Assembly: GCA_012295275.1 (NCBI GenBank)
Contig: CM022669.1
Coordinates: forward strand, 310,001 to 374,000
Source of the DNA: Chrysomallon squamiferum
Lineage: Eukaryota; Animalia; Mollusca
DNA length: 64,000 nucleotides
Direction of reading: 5' to 3'
Shown here in pieces: positions 46,639 through 64,000 of the stretch. The notes under the pieces were generated by a model. It did not search any database. It was not told the DNA's origin and was given only the letters and a program-made list of their open reading frames with translations. The translations under genes were made by a program, and so were the position numbers. Each line of letters opens with the position of its first letter. Position 1 is the stretch's first letter.

Positions 46639-49165
46639 GTCTCTTATCTTATGAACTGTATCTGATATTGGTCTATAAATCTCTAATTATCTACATCAAC
46701 TAAAAACTGTTTTCAAGCCGTTATCATTGTTGTTATATTTTGCTTGTTGGGTTGAACGCAGTGCTGGAGACGGGATCCCAGGTTTTAAAGATTACCGAGT
46801 CAGTATTTCCTACACCGGTCAGATGTCTTACAACTTTCCAACTATCATCAACAGCCTGTGTAAGGTTGACGTCACCTACTTTCCTTTCGACACTCAGGTC
46901 TGTCGACTTCCCTTTGGCTCCTGGGCGTACCACGGGCTCCAGCTTGACGTCACGAACCGATCCACAGAGGGAGACCTGTCGACATTTCTCAAAAATGGCG
47001 AATGGGATCTTCTCGGTATTCCACAAGTCCGCCATGTTTTGTTGTACCCGTGCTGCCCGCAGCCGTACCCGGACGTGACGTTCTACATCAGGATGAAGCG
47101 GAAGTCGCTGTTTTACGTGCTCAACCTGCTGTTCCCGTGCATTTTGATTACGTCAGTGGCTCTTCTGGGTTTCTTGCTCCCTCCCGATTCCGGTGAAAAG
47201 ATATCTCTGGAGATAACAGTTCTGCTCTCGCTTGCTGTGTTTTTGTTGGTTGTTTCTGAGACGTTACCTCCTACATCAGAAACCTTCCCTTACATTGGCA
47301 AGTATTTTATCTTTTTACATTTTTATATGTAAACAACAACAATAACAAATACCTTACCTTATATTGGTAATTATATTTATCTGTTTACATTTTTATATAT
47401 AAACAACATCAATAACAAATACCTTCCCTTATACTGGTAATTATTTTTATCTTTTTACATTTTTATATATAAACAACATCAATAACAAAAAACATCACTT
47501 ACACTGGCAAGTATTTTATCTTTTTACATTTTTATATATAAACAACAACAATAACAAAAAACCTTCACTTACATTGGTAAATATTTTATCTTTTTACATT
47601 TTTATATATAAACAACAACAAAAATAAAAGTTACTATTACAATTGTTATTAAATGTACCAATTAAGAATATCACTTGAATCAAAATATAACAAATCCATG
47701 TTAATGCATTTTAAAAAATCACTAAGAAACAAAGGCATGTAGGAATGTATTGGCTTAATTATTTCCGTACGCCATTGTAACTGTAGGACAGTTTAGTGGC
47801 TGGAGCAACATGAATTGTTGTTAGAAGTAATTCTATATAAAACTCACAAAAACTATTTCAGCTAGTATTTAAGTCAGGAATTTAAGAATATAAATTGTCC
47901 GTGTCACTAACCATTCGATACAACATAACTTGATAAAACATCACTTGACGAAACACCACTCGACAAAAACATCACTTGACGAAACACCACTTGATAAAAC
48001 GTCACATGATAAAACACCACTTGACAAAACGCCTATTGAATAAAATATCAATTGATGAAAAACCAACTGATAAACGCTATCTGCCAAAACACCAATTGAT
48101 TAAATATCACTTGATAAAACACCACTCGACAACACACCATTTGATAAAACCACTTGATATAAAAGTAAGAGTAAAAATGACTGTTTTCTTTGAAAAAAAA
48201 AAAAAGTACGAAACTGACGCTAAAATCTACTTTTTGATTGGTTGATTATTCTAGTGAGAGTCCTAACCGAATCAGCAGTTAAACACAACCAGTCTACTGT
48301 GAACTCGACGATATCGCGGCTAACGTGATGCCCACGATATTTCGTGATCGATGTATTTTTATAGTTTCATTAGCAGATTTGTGTCTGTCAGATATAAATA
48401 CTTCTGATATTGCAGGTCTGTACTTCTGTCTGTCCATGATGCTGGTGACGTTCTCAACCGTACTGACCGTGGTCGTCTTAAACTTCCATTTCAAAGGACA
48501 ACACGGAAAACCGGTACCAAGATGGATTCGCTCCTTCTTCCTGGAGACGCTGGGCTCCCTTCTGCGCGTAAAGAGCAAGGAACAGATACACCCAAGCACG
48601 TTTGAAGCCAACAACCTTGACTTTAGTAACCACAACAACCCGGCGTTTGTAAGTTACCACCGGCTCTAACGATCTTTGTGAATTATCTTTCATTTACAAA
48701 CAGAGAAAAAGAAGAAAGGATCATGTGTATGGCTGTCCATGTTCTTGTATGAGTGTATATGATTAAAACGAAGAAAATAAATAAATACCAAAAAAAAAAA
48801 AAAAATTACAAAAGAGAAAATAATTGTGTTAAATAAACACACTAAAAATCTTTTTTTTTTTTTTTCAGGAAAACGATTTGGGGAAGACGAGAGTAAACGG
48901 TTTTCATGAAAACTCTCAGAGAGAAAACATCCTGCACGAGGTGAACTCCAGCCCGGATCAGCTGTCTCCCATGTTGAACGTCCTCAAAGAGCAGCTGACT
49001 GTGCTGAACAAGATCAAAGACGTTTACGACTTGAAGGCTAAACACGACGCGATGGCTGCGGAGTGGATCACAGTGGCTGTCGTCATGGACAGACTGTTTC
49101 TAGTTTTGTTCTCGCTAATTTCATTCTCCTGCACACTCGGAATTCTCTTGAAGTCGGCGACGTAA
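38873..49165 (+). CDS. Nicotinic acetylcholine receptor alpha subunit (alpha9/alpha10-like), 474 aa
   Basis: Exons 38873-38930 (signal peptide MSMMVDFRTVITFIVITVR; least certain), 41916-42061, 43954-43998, 46321-46430, 46762-47297 (GC donor), 48416-48648 and 48869-49165, total 1425 nt. Motifs: WIPDITLY, Cys-loop CKVDVTYFPFDTQVC, FGSWAY, loop C YPCCPQPY, TM1-TM2 PPDSGEKISL, TM3, and EWITVAVVMDRLFL leading into TM4. Confidence 0.95.
39847..39947. promoter_or_regulatory. Pair of full CRE palindromes (ATGACGTCAT) in nAChR intron 1
   Basis: TGACGTCA at 39847-39854 and 39940-39947. Confidence 0.45.
41075..41250 (+). repeat. ~85-bp tandem duplication, each copy containing TATCGATA
   Basis: Two copies of aagtttagtt.tta.atatcgata...atttatcgttaaatctg.gtaaag. 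Confidence 0.75.
47281..47630 (+). repeat. Five ~70-bp tandem repeats beginning at the nAChR exon 5 donor
   Basis: Unit accttcccttacattgg(c/t)aa.tattttatctttttacatttttatatataaacaacaacaataacaaa, at about 47281, 47351, 47421, 47491 and 47560. Confidence 0.92.
47925..48160 (+). repeat. 15-bp minisatellite (aaaacaccacttgat-like) in nAChR intron 5
   Basis: Directly visible. It explains the KHHLI-repeat ORF 47976-48245. Confidence 0.88.
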
Positions 49166-51575
49166 GGAAGGTCGAGGACGTTTAAATTTATATTTTAAAT
49201 CGTTTGGGTAGACTGGACCTATGCATTTCAGAAGAATTCTAACAACAACGTCATTCTTTTTCATTGACAGTAGATGTTAGATACAGCACGGTAGACTAAT
49301 AATGTCTTCCTAAAGGTTATTTGTGAGCTGAATGAAACAGGAAGTGTGAATGATTTTACTCAAATATTTATATTTTCTATTCACATATGTTTTCAGAAAT
49401 GAAAAAAATATACTTAGAAATGTGTATAGAAATTAGAATGGACGCCAAATGCTTCATAAATAGGGCATTAGTAAGTTAGTAATGTCAACTAGAGTGACAC
49501 ATAAAACGTCACTATAATAACCAGTTCTCATTTCAGGATCAGATAATATAATAAAAAGGCAAAATGATTTTTAGAAAGTGTATTTCGTTATTTTGTTTTA
49601 GTGAGGCCTTCAAGCACAACAAATCAGTTTTGTCAACTGAATGGTTTTTTGGATCACTGACTGTGATATGAAAATCTGTATCATCAAATATTGGTATTTC
49701 TTTACAGTGGTTTTATTACCACGGAAAACCTTTCATTACAAGTTTTCAAACTGATCTACTTTTATAGCTTCCAGTTTCAAACGAAACCGCCCAATTATAC
49801 ACGTAGTGCAATATACGTGAAACACACACACACACACAAACATATATATATATATTTATATTCTGTCAGTGAAATACAAGATAAAGGTGATATTTGTTCA
49901 TATGAAAACAATCTTTTTATCTGGTGAATTGGATAAAATACAGTAGTTGCAGTCCTTTCTCTAAAAAACAAGAAAGAAAAAAAAAAAAAGCATTACAAAA
50001 ACAAAATCCCATTTATTAATCCCGTTTAGCAGATTACAGTTGAGCTCTTGTATAAAATAATGTAATTATGGTTTGTCCAGTAAAAACAACACTGTTGTGA
50101 CGTCAGTTAGGTAACTGACTGGAAGTAGACGACTGAAGTAGACTGAAGTAGACTAAAACGAGAAGTGTACACAGTGCCTGATTTAGACTTGATGTATTAA
50201 ATTATGCATTTTAATTATTTAATGCAAAGTGAACAATACAAAATTGTTTTCAAATGAATGCACTTACTGATTACATATTAATAATTTGGCTGGCTTAATC
50301 TCTATCACATATTATAATAAAGTATTGTTTAAATATAAATTTTAAAGTAATTTTGACATAATTACTTATTACCTGCGGTAAAAACGAGTATAAAATCCAG
50401 TCTGGATGGAACCTGCTTGTTGACTGTGAGTGCCGCGTGTTTGGTTTCTACTCAGTCCAGCCCTGACTAACTCCTTTCAGTTTCTGTGAATAAAAGTACA
50501 ACTACTGAAGTCTGGTTTTGTTTGTTTGTTACTTAGTTATGTATTTATCTATGTTTTTATCTTGCAGATAGTTTTTTCTTCCATCTATAGCACTCCACAC
50601 TAACTGTTTTTGGTCATTCTCGCCAGTTTAAACCGCCATTCAGAGTTATACGGATCCAGCAAGAGATGATGGGAGGAGGGAATTAATTATTTTTTTTTTT
50701 TTTTTAAAGTAATAAAAAAGAATAAAAAAAGAATAAAAATTGTTGTAGATTTCATATTTTATATTTTTTAACGACTGACACATTTACACTAAAATCTTTT
50801 CTCTGTTTCACTGGAGTATAAACAACTCAAAGAAAGCGAACAGACGCTTCAAGTAAAACACTAATGTACTCTTTAAATATTACCAGGTATTGGCGTCCGC
50901 ATGCGCAGTGGTCTGCAAGGACAGACGACTTTTGTTCAAAGAATCAGTAAAGAGCAATATTCCCATTTTCGAATGTTTTTGTTTTGATCAAAGTGTCAAT
51001 TTTTTTTTTTTTTGAAGGATTTTGCCCGTTCACGCACTCACGTTGCGTGGCGTGTGTTTCTGCATGTCTGAAAACACACATGGTTTCATTTCTGTCCTCC
51101 CGCGTTTTCCCAGTTCGTGTTCAAACGATAAAAATAACTCGTCTGAAGGAACACAGATTTCACTTCAACGTTATCAACCATAACTTTTTTTTCAAAAACA
51201 TATAAACATAATTTTTTCTTTTTTATATTATTATGTATTATTATTATTCTTATTATTAATTTGTTAATTTATTTACGGCTTTCTTTTGTAAAAAGAGCTG
51301 TGAAATAGCAAAAAAAAAAAAAAAATAAATAAATAAAAAATAAACGAAGAAAAAAAAAAAAAAAAAAAGAAACACAAATAAGCACGGTTATTGTTCTAAC
51401 ATTAAATTGTGTACCTAATATTTCTGACACATAACTCATGCTAATCAATCATGAATGGAGTCTTTGTATTGGAGGCGACGTATTTGGACTTTCAGTAGGA
51501 GTTTTAAGAAAAGAGAAACACAAAAACAAACTCGTGAATGAAAAAGGAAGACGTATTCGTGTCTGCTGTAATTTA

Positions 51576-57361
<5,786 letters not shown>

Positions 57362-58099
57362 TGCGTCTGGAAAACTAAATGAACACGAAATGAATTCTGT
57401 TTGTTTTATTAGTCCATATGATGCAATAAAAACCTGGTGTATATTTGTAACAAAGATACTTGTAATCATATGCAATTATAAGAAAAATTAGTAATTCATA
57501 TAATAATTTATGCGTCGTTAAATCTAATAGTGGGAAATGTACTTATACTGAATCTGCACCTATATTGAACCTCTTGTATTTCTCAGCCTCTGATTGGTCG
57601 AAAGGTGTTTTGCCACGATTGTGTGATACCTCGGTCTACATCGTATTTTTTGTGATATTAAAGATAGCGGAAGGTCAACCGGCAAAAATCTTATTTCGCC
57701 CATGTAAATGTAAATTTTTTGCTATTTTTGTAGGTGTATTGTGCTGGTGAGTATATAGACACATATGTAGATATTACATATTTGTAGGTTAGCACACAGT
57801 CTTTGCATATGATGATCGAAAAAGTTGAATTTCACGCCGCTTTCCGAAACATTACATGCGGGTATTTTTATATCTCGTGCCATATATTGAACCACTGGTC
57901 GAAATTTGGCCCTGCAACCCACACGTGTGGTCTGATGTTGATTGTGCAGCTGCAGCCAGATTTGAAGTGGAAAGTTCGGGTACAGTGACTGAACAACAGA
58001 ACTGTTCGTCACAGTGACGTCATCATCGTGGCGACAGCGACAAGACTACGGAACCTGAACAGCACTGTGCTCCACTGAAGATTCCGAACCTGAGTCGTG

Positions 58100-58330
58100 G
58101 TCCCAGAGAAAAGAGCACCGTGCACCACAAAGAGCCGACAGTAGCACCACTAATGTCTCTCTTATCTCTTTGAAACTAGTATTGAGAAATCCGGATGGTC
58201 GATGCTTCTACAAAGCCGTAAATAGCTGGACACGACAACTTGGAAATACCGAGATGAGGGTGGACATTCAGTTGACTTCCGAGTTCACTTCAAATAAGAG
58301 GACCTGGACAATGTAACTGACACAATGAAT
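58100..58330 (+). pseudogene. Decayed OTU-like cysteine protease fragment, probably transposon-borne
   Basis: LVLRNPDGRCFYKAV (DGRCFYKAV at 58194-58220) matches the OTU catalytic DGxC(F/L)(Y/F)xA motif. It sits in a GC-elevated intronless block with stops and no complete ORF. Confidence 0.4.
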
Positions 58331-58773
58331 AAGCTATTTTGAATCGATGCTTATTCCTTCTTTCCTTTTTATTTTTCTAGTTCTATGCAGCAGTCTCTGA
58401 TGAAAGATAATGTACTGAAAATGGAATTTACAAAGGATCCGCGGAACTGAACCACTTTGTCAGTATACGTCATAGAATCCCTAAATTTATAATTTGTCGA
58501 TATTTTTTAATTGGTCCATAAAACTAGGAGTTTATAAGTTAAACTTTTTTGTTTGTTTGCTTTACTAATGTCTTAGAGCATCTAACATCTATCTGCTACG
58601 ACTAGATTGATCTTCACTTGTTCCATATGTACACTTCCCATACATATCAGTATTATTTCTCAATTTAATAAAGAAGTGCGTCTGTGTGTGTGTGTGTGTG
58701 TGTGAGACTTAAAATATAAGATAGTGACTAAGTAATGACATATAATAATACAAGATTATAAACTGATAATATA

Positions 58774-59513
58774 CAGTGATACCTTGACTTATGAGTGCCC
58801 CAACTTATGAGTTTTCCGAGTTACGAGCAGTCTCTTTTTTCGAGTTTTTGCTTTGAGTTGCGAGCCAAAATTCTATTTACGAGTGAGCTTCAGATGCACC
58901 GCCATTAGTTGGCGCAACAAACAACACAACATCCGGCCAGCATCCCGCCTCTCACTCGTTTACTTCACATGGTTACCTCCCCGTGGAAGCACAACAGTGT
59001 TAGCGTTTTATGCAGTATTTTGCCACATTTCTTTTTTCTGACCATGGATCGTAAGAAAATGAGTGCAAAGGACAGTGCTGACAAGAAGAAGCGGATGATG
59101 TCTACTGAATTAAAGCATTAAATCATAGAAAAACATGAGTGAGGTGTGCATGTAGTTGACTTGGCTAGGCAGTACAAGCGTGGTACCATACTGAAGCAAA
59201 AGGAGTCGAGAAAGGCTGCTACTCCAACCAAAGGTGTTAAAATACTTTGTCTGATCTCCAAGATAAATACATTTTACAAATCAATTTATTTCTTTACATG
59301 CTCTTTTCTTTTGTTTTTATACAATATTTGTCATTTATAAATATATTTTTTAATTTAAAAACACATTACAAAATATGGGGTGGTTATGGGGGGCTGGAAC
59401 AGATTAATAGTATTTCAGTTAATTTCAGATGGAAAAATTGGTTTGATATACGAGCAAATTGAATTACAACTCTGTCACTGAACAAATTTAACTCGTAAGT
59501 CAAGGCACCTCTG
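58774..59513 (+). mobile_element. Internally deleted Tigger/pogo (Tc1-mariner superfamily) DNA transposon, 740 bp
   Basis: TIRs CAGTGATACCTTGACTTATGAG and CTCGTAAGTCAAGGCACCTCTG (18/22 match), each flanked by TA. Decayed CENP-B/psq N-terminus from 59045: MDRKKMSAKDSADKKKRMMSTELKH*IIEKHE*GVHVVDLARQYKRGTILKQKES. No DDD domain. Confidence 0.9.
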
Positions 59514-60633
59514 TATTATTAATTAGTTGATAATTGCTGTATTGTCCTTCTCATACAGTACGTTCTCTGGTATCACACAACACTAAACTAAGTGCTCTTG
59601 TTACAAGACAATTATTTTAGATGACAGCTCTATTAAGTTTTACTGTTTTACACTGATATCGTTTTTCCAAATTGCTTCAGACGAGAAGAGACACAATTTC
59701 ACTTAATTATCATAATTAAAACAATCTCAGTTTTCAGTTTATTACCTTATTACACATATTAAAAATAACGTAATTAATAATTTAATTACTTTAATTCGTA
59801 ACTAAAAAACAGACATAAGCGCTATTATGTAGGTTTAGTTTATGCACAGTAATAATAGAATTTATCGAGAAGAAACCTTCGAAATCATGCAGTCAGTTTA
59901 TACTGAGTTATCAATTTGTTTTCATGCAAGTTGCTATTGTTAACATGTTAGTAAACGAAATAAAATAAATCTGTCACATATTACAGTGAAGAATAAAATA
60001 AATCTTTACAAGTAGAGAACATTTCTCACACTTACGTAGAAAATACATAAAAGAACAATTCATGGAAATAAAATTTAAAAAAATGAGACAGACTCAGAAG
60101 TGATAGCGATCTTAAATATACACTAAATATCAATGACAATGACAATGACAATGACAATGACAACAACAGTAACACTAGCAACAATAATAATAACAGTAAT
60201 AATAAAAGTAAAAGTTTTATTATGAAGCATAAAGGGGGTCAAACACAGCGAAAGCAGCATGAAAATCCAGAAAAGTACTAGCCAACCTATTCATTAGCTA
60301 CTGTAACTGAATTTCAAAAATAAATAAATAAAAATATTTATGGACGCAGGGTTGCTAAACATTAGATATCCAGTTATAAATATATAAGAAATTTCAAACA
60401 AAAGTAGTAGAATTACTTACAATAGAAAAAAAAAAAAAAAATCATTCCTAAATTTTAGCATTTTTTTAGTAATTTAGTACAAATATACATATGCAGTTTT
60501 AGATCATTTATAAAAGAGATAAATATTCCTTTCGTTGAAATAAAAATAACTAATCCAAATTTATACGCAGGATAAATTTATATAAAATAATGGTATAATA
60601 GAAAGATGAAGAAATGGAAACACTCCCACTCCC

Positions 60634-60741
<108 letters not shown>

Positions 60742-62885
60742 CTGTATACTTACCTCAGATCATTTCGTTTATGAACTTGAGAACAATTCTCAGCTATTTT
60801 TATTTGAAACAAAAGCTTGAGAAATGTTAATTAGTATTATTGTGTTTATCTAGATGTGGAAGTGACTCATTTTTGTAATAACCGTTTTTCCTGTCATGGA
60901 AATGTTAACTTGTCATCGTCACAGGAAGATTAGCATTTGACAGCTTTGTGATAAATACTTATTAGAATTACATGACTTTATCAGCTGACATATCAGCATC
61001 AGTTTACACTATATTTTATTATAATTATAGGCTACGTAGATCGTTTTGTTCCTTCTTCTTCTGTTTTAGCATCGTCATCAATAGAAACACCATCATCATC
61101 ATCATCATCATTATTGTTATTGTTATTATTATTATTATTATTATTGTTGTTGTTGTTTTTCATTAGTATTAGTATTATGATTATGATTATTTTTATTATC
61201 GTTGTTGTTTTTGCTCTTCTTCTTCTTCTTCTTCTTCTTATTATTATTATTATAATGGTGTAACTGTGTTTGTGAAGCAGAAAATGAGCTCGTAAAATTA
61301 TTTTACAAAATGAAACTGGTGTTTATTTGAAAACATTGGGTTCGTTCAAAGTAATTATAATTAATTGAAATTTTAACTGCAGGAAGTTTGTTTACAGCCC
61401 TTACCTGTGATCAGATGATCTTTGTTAAGTAACTTTTAAAAACAATAAAACTGGAAAACAAACAAAATAAATTATTGATGATGATTGTTTCAAAAAATAA
61501 ATTAAATGTGAAAGATAAAAAGGTAATAACAGTAATAATAATAAAAACAACATAAAGTAAATAAATAAATAAATACACGAATAACCAACTAATTCACTAA
61601 CTAACTAACTCACTAAATAAATAAATAAATAAATAAGAAGAACATAAAGAAAGAAACGTAAATTTGAAAACAACAAGCAGAAGTATCTGAAAATGAAATG
61701 ACTGATGTAACAATAATTCTTTATTTAAAGATCTTTGTAAAGCATAATTTTCGTAGAAAATGTATCATGACTTACACTGTGACACAGAATTATAGTAGAT
61801 GAGACGTGATACGTGGAGGTGACTTGCAGGTTGGACGAGGAGAGTTCAACGTTCTGCAGAGTGAGTCAGTTTTGACGGCAGATTTCATTGTTCAGTTTGG
61901 TGGTGATTCAGACGCTGGGCAATAACCAGGAAAAAATATAATATATATATATATATATAAAAAAAAAAAAAAAAAAAAAAAGATTAAATAAAATAAAAAA
62001 TAAATAAGTAATTTACGAAAATAAATAATCTGCAAGACAGTTATTAACAATGTGACTTCCCAGAAACAATACAACAGATAAAAAAAAAAAAAAATAAATA
62101 AATAAAGGAAGAAAATACCTGCATTGATAATATCTCGCAGTGATATCGGCAACATGAAATCTGATAATAATACAGTGTATGAAAGAACTTCAAATAATCT
62201 TGGAATACATTTACATACATTCAAATAACTTTACACATTTTTACTTTTTATTTCAAATAACTGTTGTTGTTTTATTTTTGTTTGTTTTTTCACAGAGATT
62301 AGAACTACGCGCTGTGCACCAGAAATACACAAAACTACAGACAGAGAGCTCCTCAGTCCAAATTGCTTCTTCATTGTGAATATATGTTTTGAGAAATTAG
62401 TTTTATAAAGTCTTTACATTTGAAAAAAAGCCAGATATCTGACAATAGTTACTAAAGATTTTTTTTTCAATTCCTGTTAAAGGAAACGTTCTCAAAATGC
62501 CAAATATGATAACGCGTCCCAGAGAGAAACGATGAAATTTCAGTTTTTTTGGTAGAAAAATTTTATTTGATGATCAGGGAAAAGCATTGCATTTCTAATT
62601 TTGTAGCACCGAATAGCGTTTCTCTATTCTAGTACATACAAGTTGAAATAAATACATACATAGATACACACACACACACACACACACAAACACACATACA
62701 CATATATATATATATACACATCCATACACATATAAATACATCCATACCTACATATATACATAATACGTACGTACTTACGAACATCAATCACATATATAAA
62801 CACATAATCGCATTTTATTACCAATCTACTTACACACAAACATATATACATGCTTACACTATAATTTAATTTTCTCCAAAGTCTC

Positions 62886-63037
<152 letters not shown>

Positions 63038-64000
63038 ATATGACATTAAAGAAAATTAATCGAATATTCACATACATTCACACTGCTTTGCATTATTTAA
63101 ATAAACGAACAGCTGTCAAAGTAGCAGTAACAACGTATTAAACACTTAATGGAAACTGCAAATGTTATTATGACAGGCGAATTTTGAGAACTATGCATTC
63201 CTCCAAAAATTACAACATGTGATAAACTATTTGGCAAACTAATTGATTTCCTTTACATAATTTTCCTTTCTTGGACTAGTTGAATAACTGACTCAGAACT
63301 AAAATATGTATAACGTGTGGACTTTGACGTGTCCATGCACTGACGTTTTACTGTAAGTAAGAACAGTGTTCAGAAATATGAGACAGAACTCAAACGCCTT
63401 GTTACTGGAATATGCCACGTAGTGAAAAAAGAACTGTAATAATTCATATGCATTTGAAAGTGAACCGTTGCTTCTGAATTGTCGACATCAGACATTGGAT
63501 GCCAGGTCTAACATAAAGGTAAAAATAAGAAACACCTCCGCACACATATGCTTACGCATACGCGCGTGCTGTCACACAAAACACATACACATATAACTGA
63601 TATTCCTATTTTTGTTTGTATTTAATAATTATTTTTATAAATATTATATTTATTATGTCTGTGCTTGTTAGGTGCTATGTCTGTATATATGTATGTGTGT
63701 GCATCTGTACAATTTGTGAATGCATATAAATATGTATGTAAAAAAGATTTTCCATATTATCAGTACATATAATGTGTGAATAGACAAAGACACTAAAAGT
63801 CGTTCTAACAATTTCGTAGATATATTTTATATTATTTATTTATTTATTTACGAATCTATATATTTGTTTATTCGTTGATGTGTTGATTTTGTACGGCTAT
63901 TTGAAGGTACATTACCAGATAAACCTACTATGATTTAAATTTTGGATTTGGTGATCGTGGACTGAATATCATTTAAAAATGAACGCGTTAACGTGATGTT

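Noticed and set aside
46733-47196. Overlapping alternative-frame and antisense ORFs on nAChR exon 5 (also 48294-48638 and 51438-51737)
   Set aside because: Shadow ORFs of GC-richer coding exons, with no independent motifs.
47281-47630. Regularly spaced repeat resembling a CRISPR array
   Set aside because: The whole unit is repeated with no unique spacers, there are no cas genes, and the context is a eukaryotic intron.

Overview
AT-rich, intron-rich animal genomic DNA. The tropomyosin C-terminus is of the molluscan type, probably gastropod. A 200-N scaffold gap (30373-30572) splits the window into a CpG-depleted left half and a CpG-rich right half. I rebuilt five spliced genes by hand from splice sites and reading-frame phase. 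(1) The 3' part of a divergent Na+/Ca2+ exchanger (SLC8/NCX-like, +, 14 exons, 7099-16839). (2) The 3' end of tropomyosin (-), with two pairs of homologous alternative exons and a stop codon split across an intron. (3) The last two exons of a LigB/MEMO-fold 'TTE1956-like' gene (+). (4) A complete alpha9/10-like nicotinic acetylcholine receptor alpha subunit (+, 7 exons, 474 aa, one GC-AG intron). (5) A complete GH18 chitinase with a CBM14 domain (-, 9 coding exons, 487 aa). Mobile DNA includes a 5'-truncated RNase H-bearing LINE, an internally deleted Tigger/pogo element and a decayed OTU-protease-like fragment. The most notable signals are the tropomyosin exon pairs with position-matched UGCAUG motifs, tandem repeats that duplicate splice sites into decoys in two genes, degenerate Ca2+-sensor domains in the exchanger, and clusters of RFX X-boxes and CRE palindromes. 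All calls come from reading the sequence; no searches were run.
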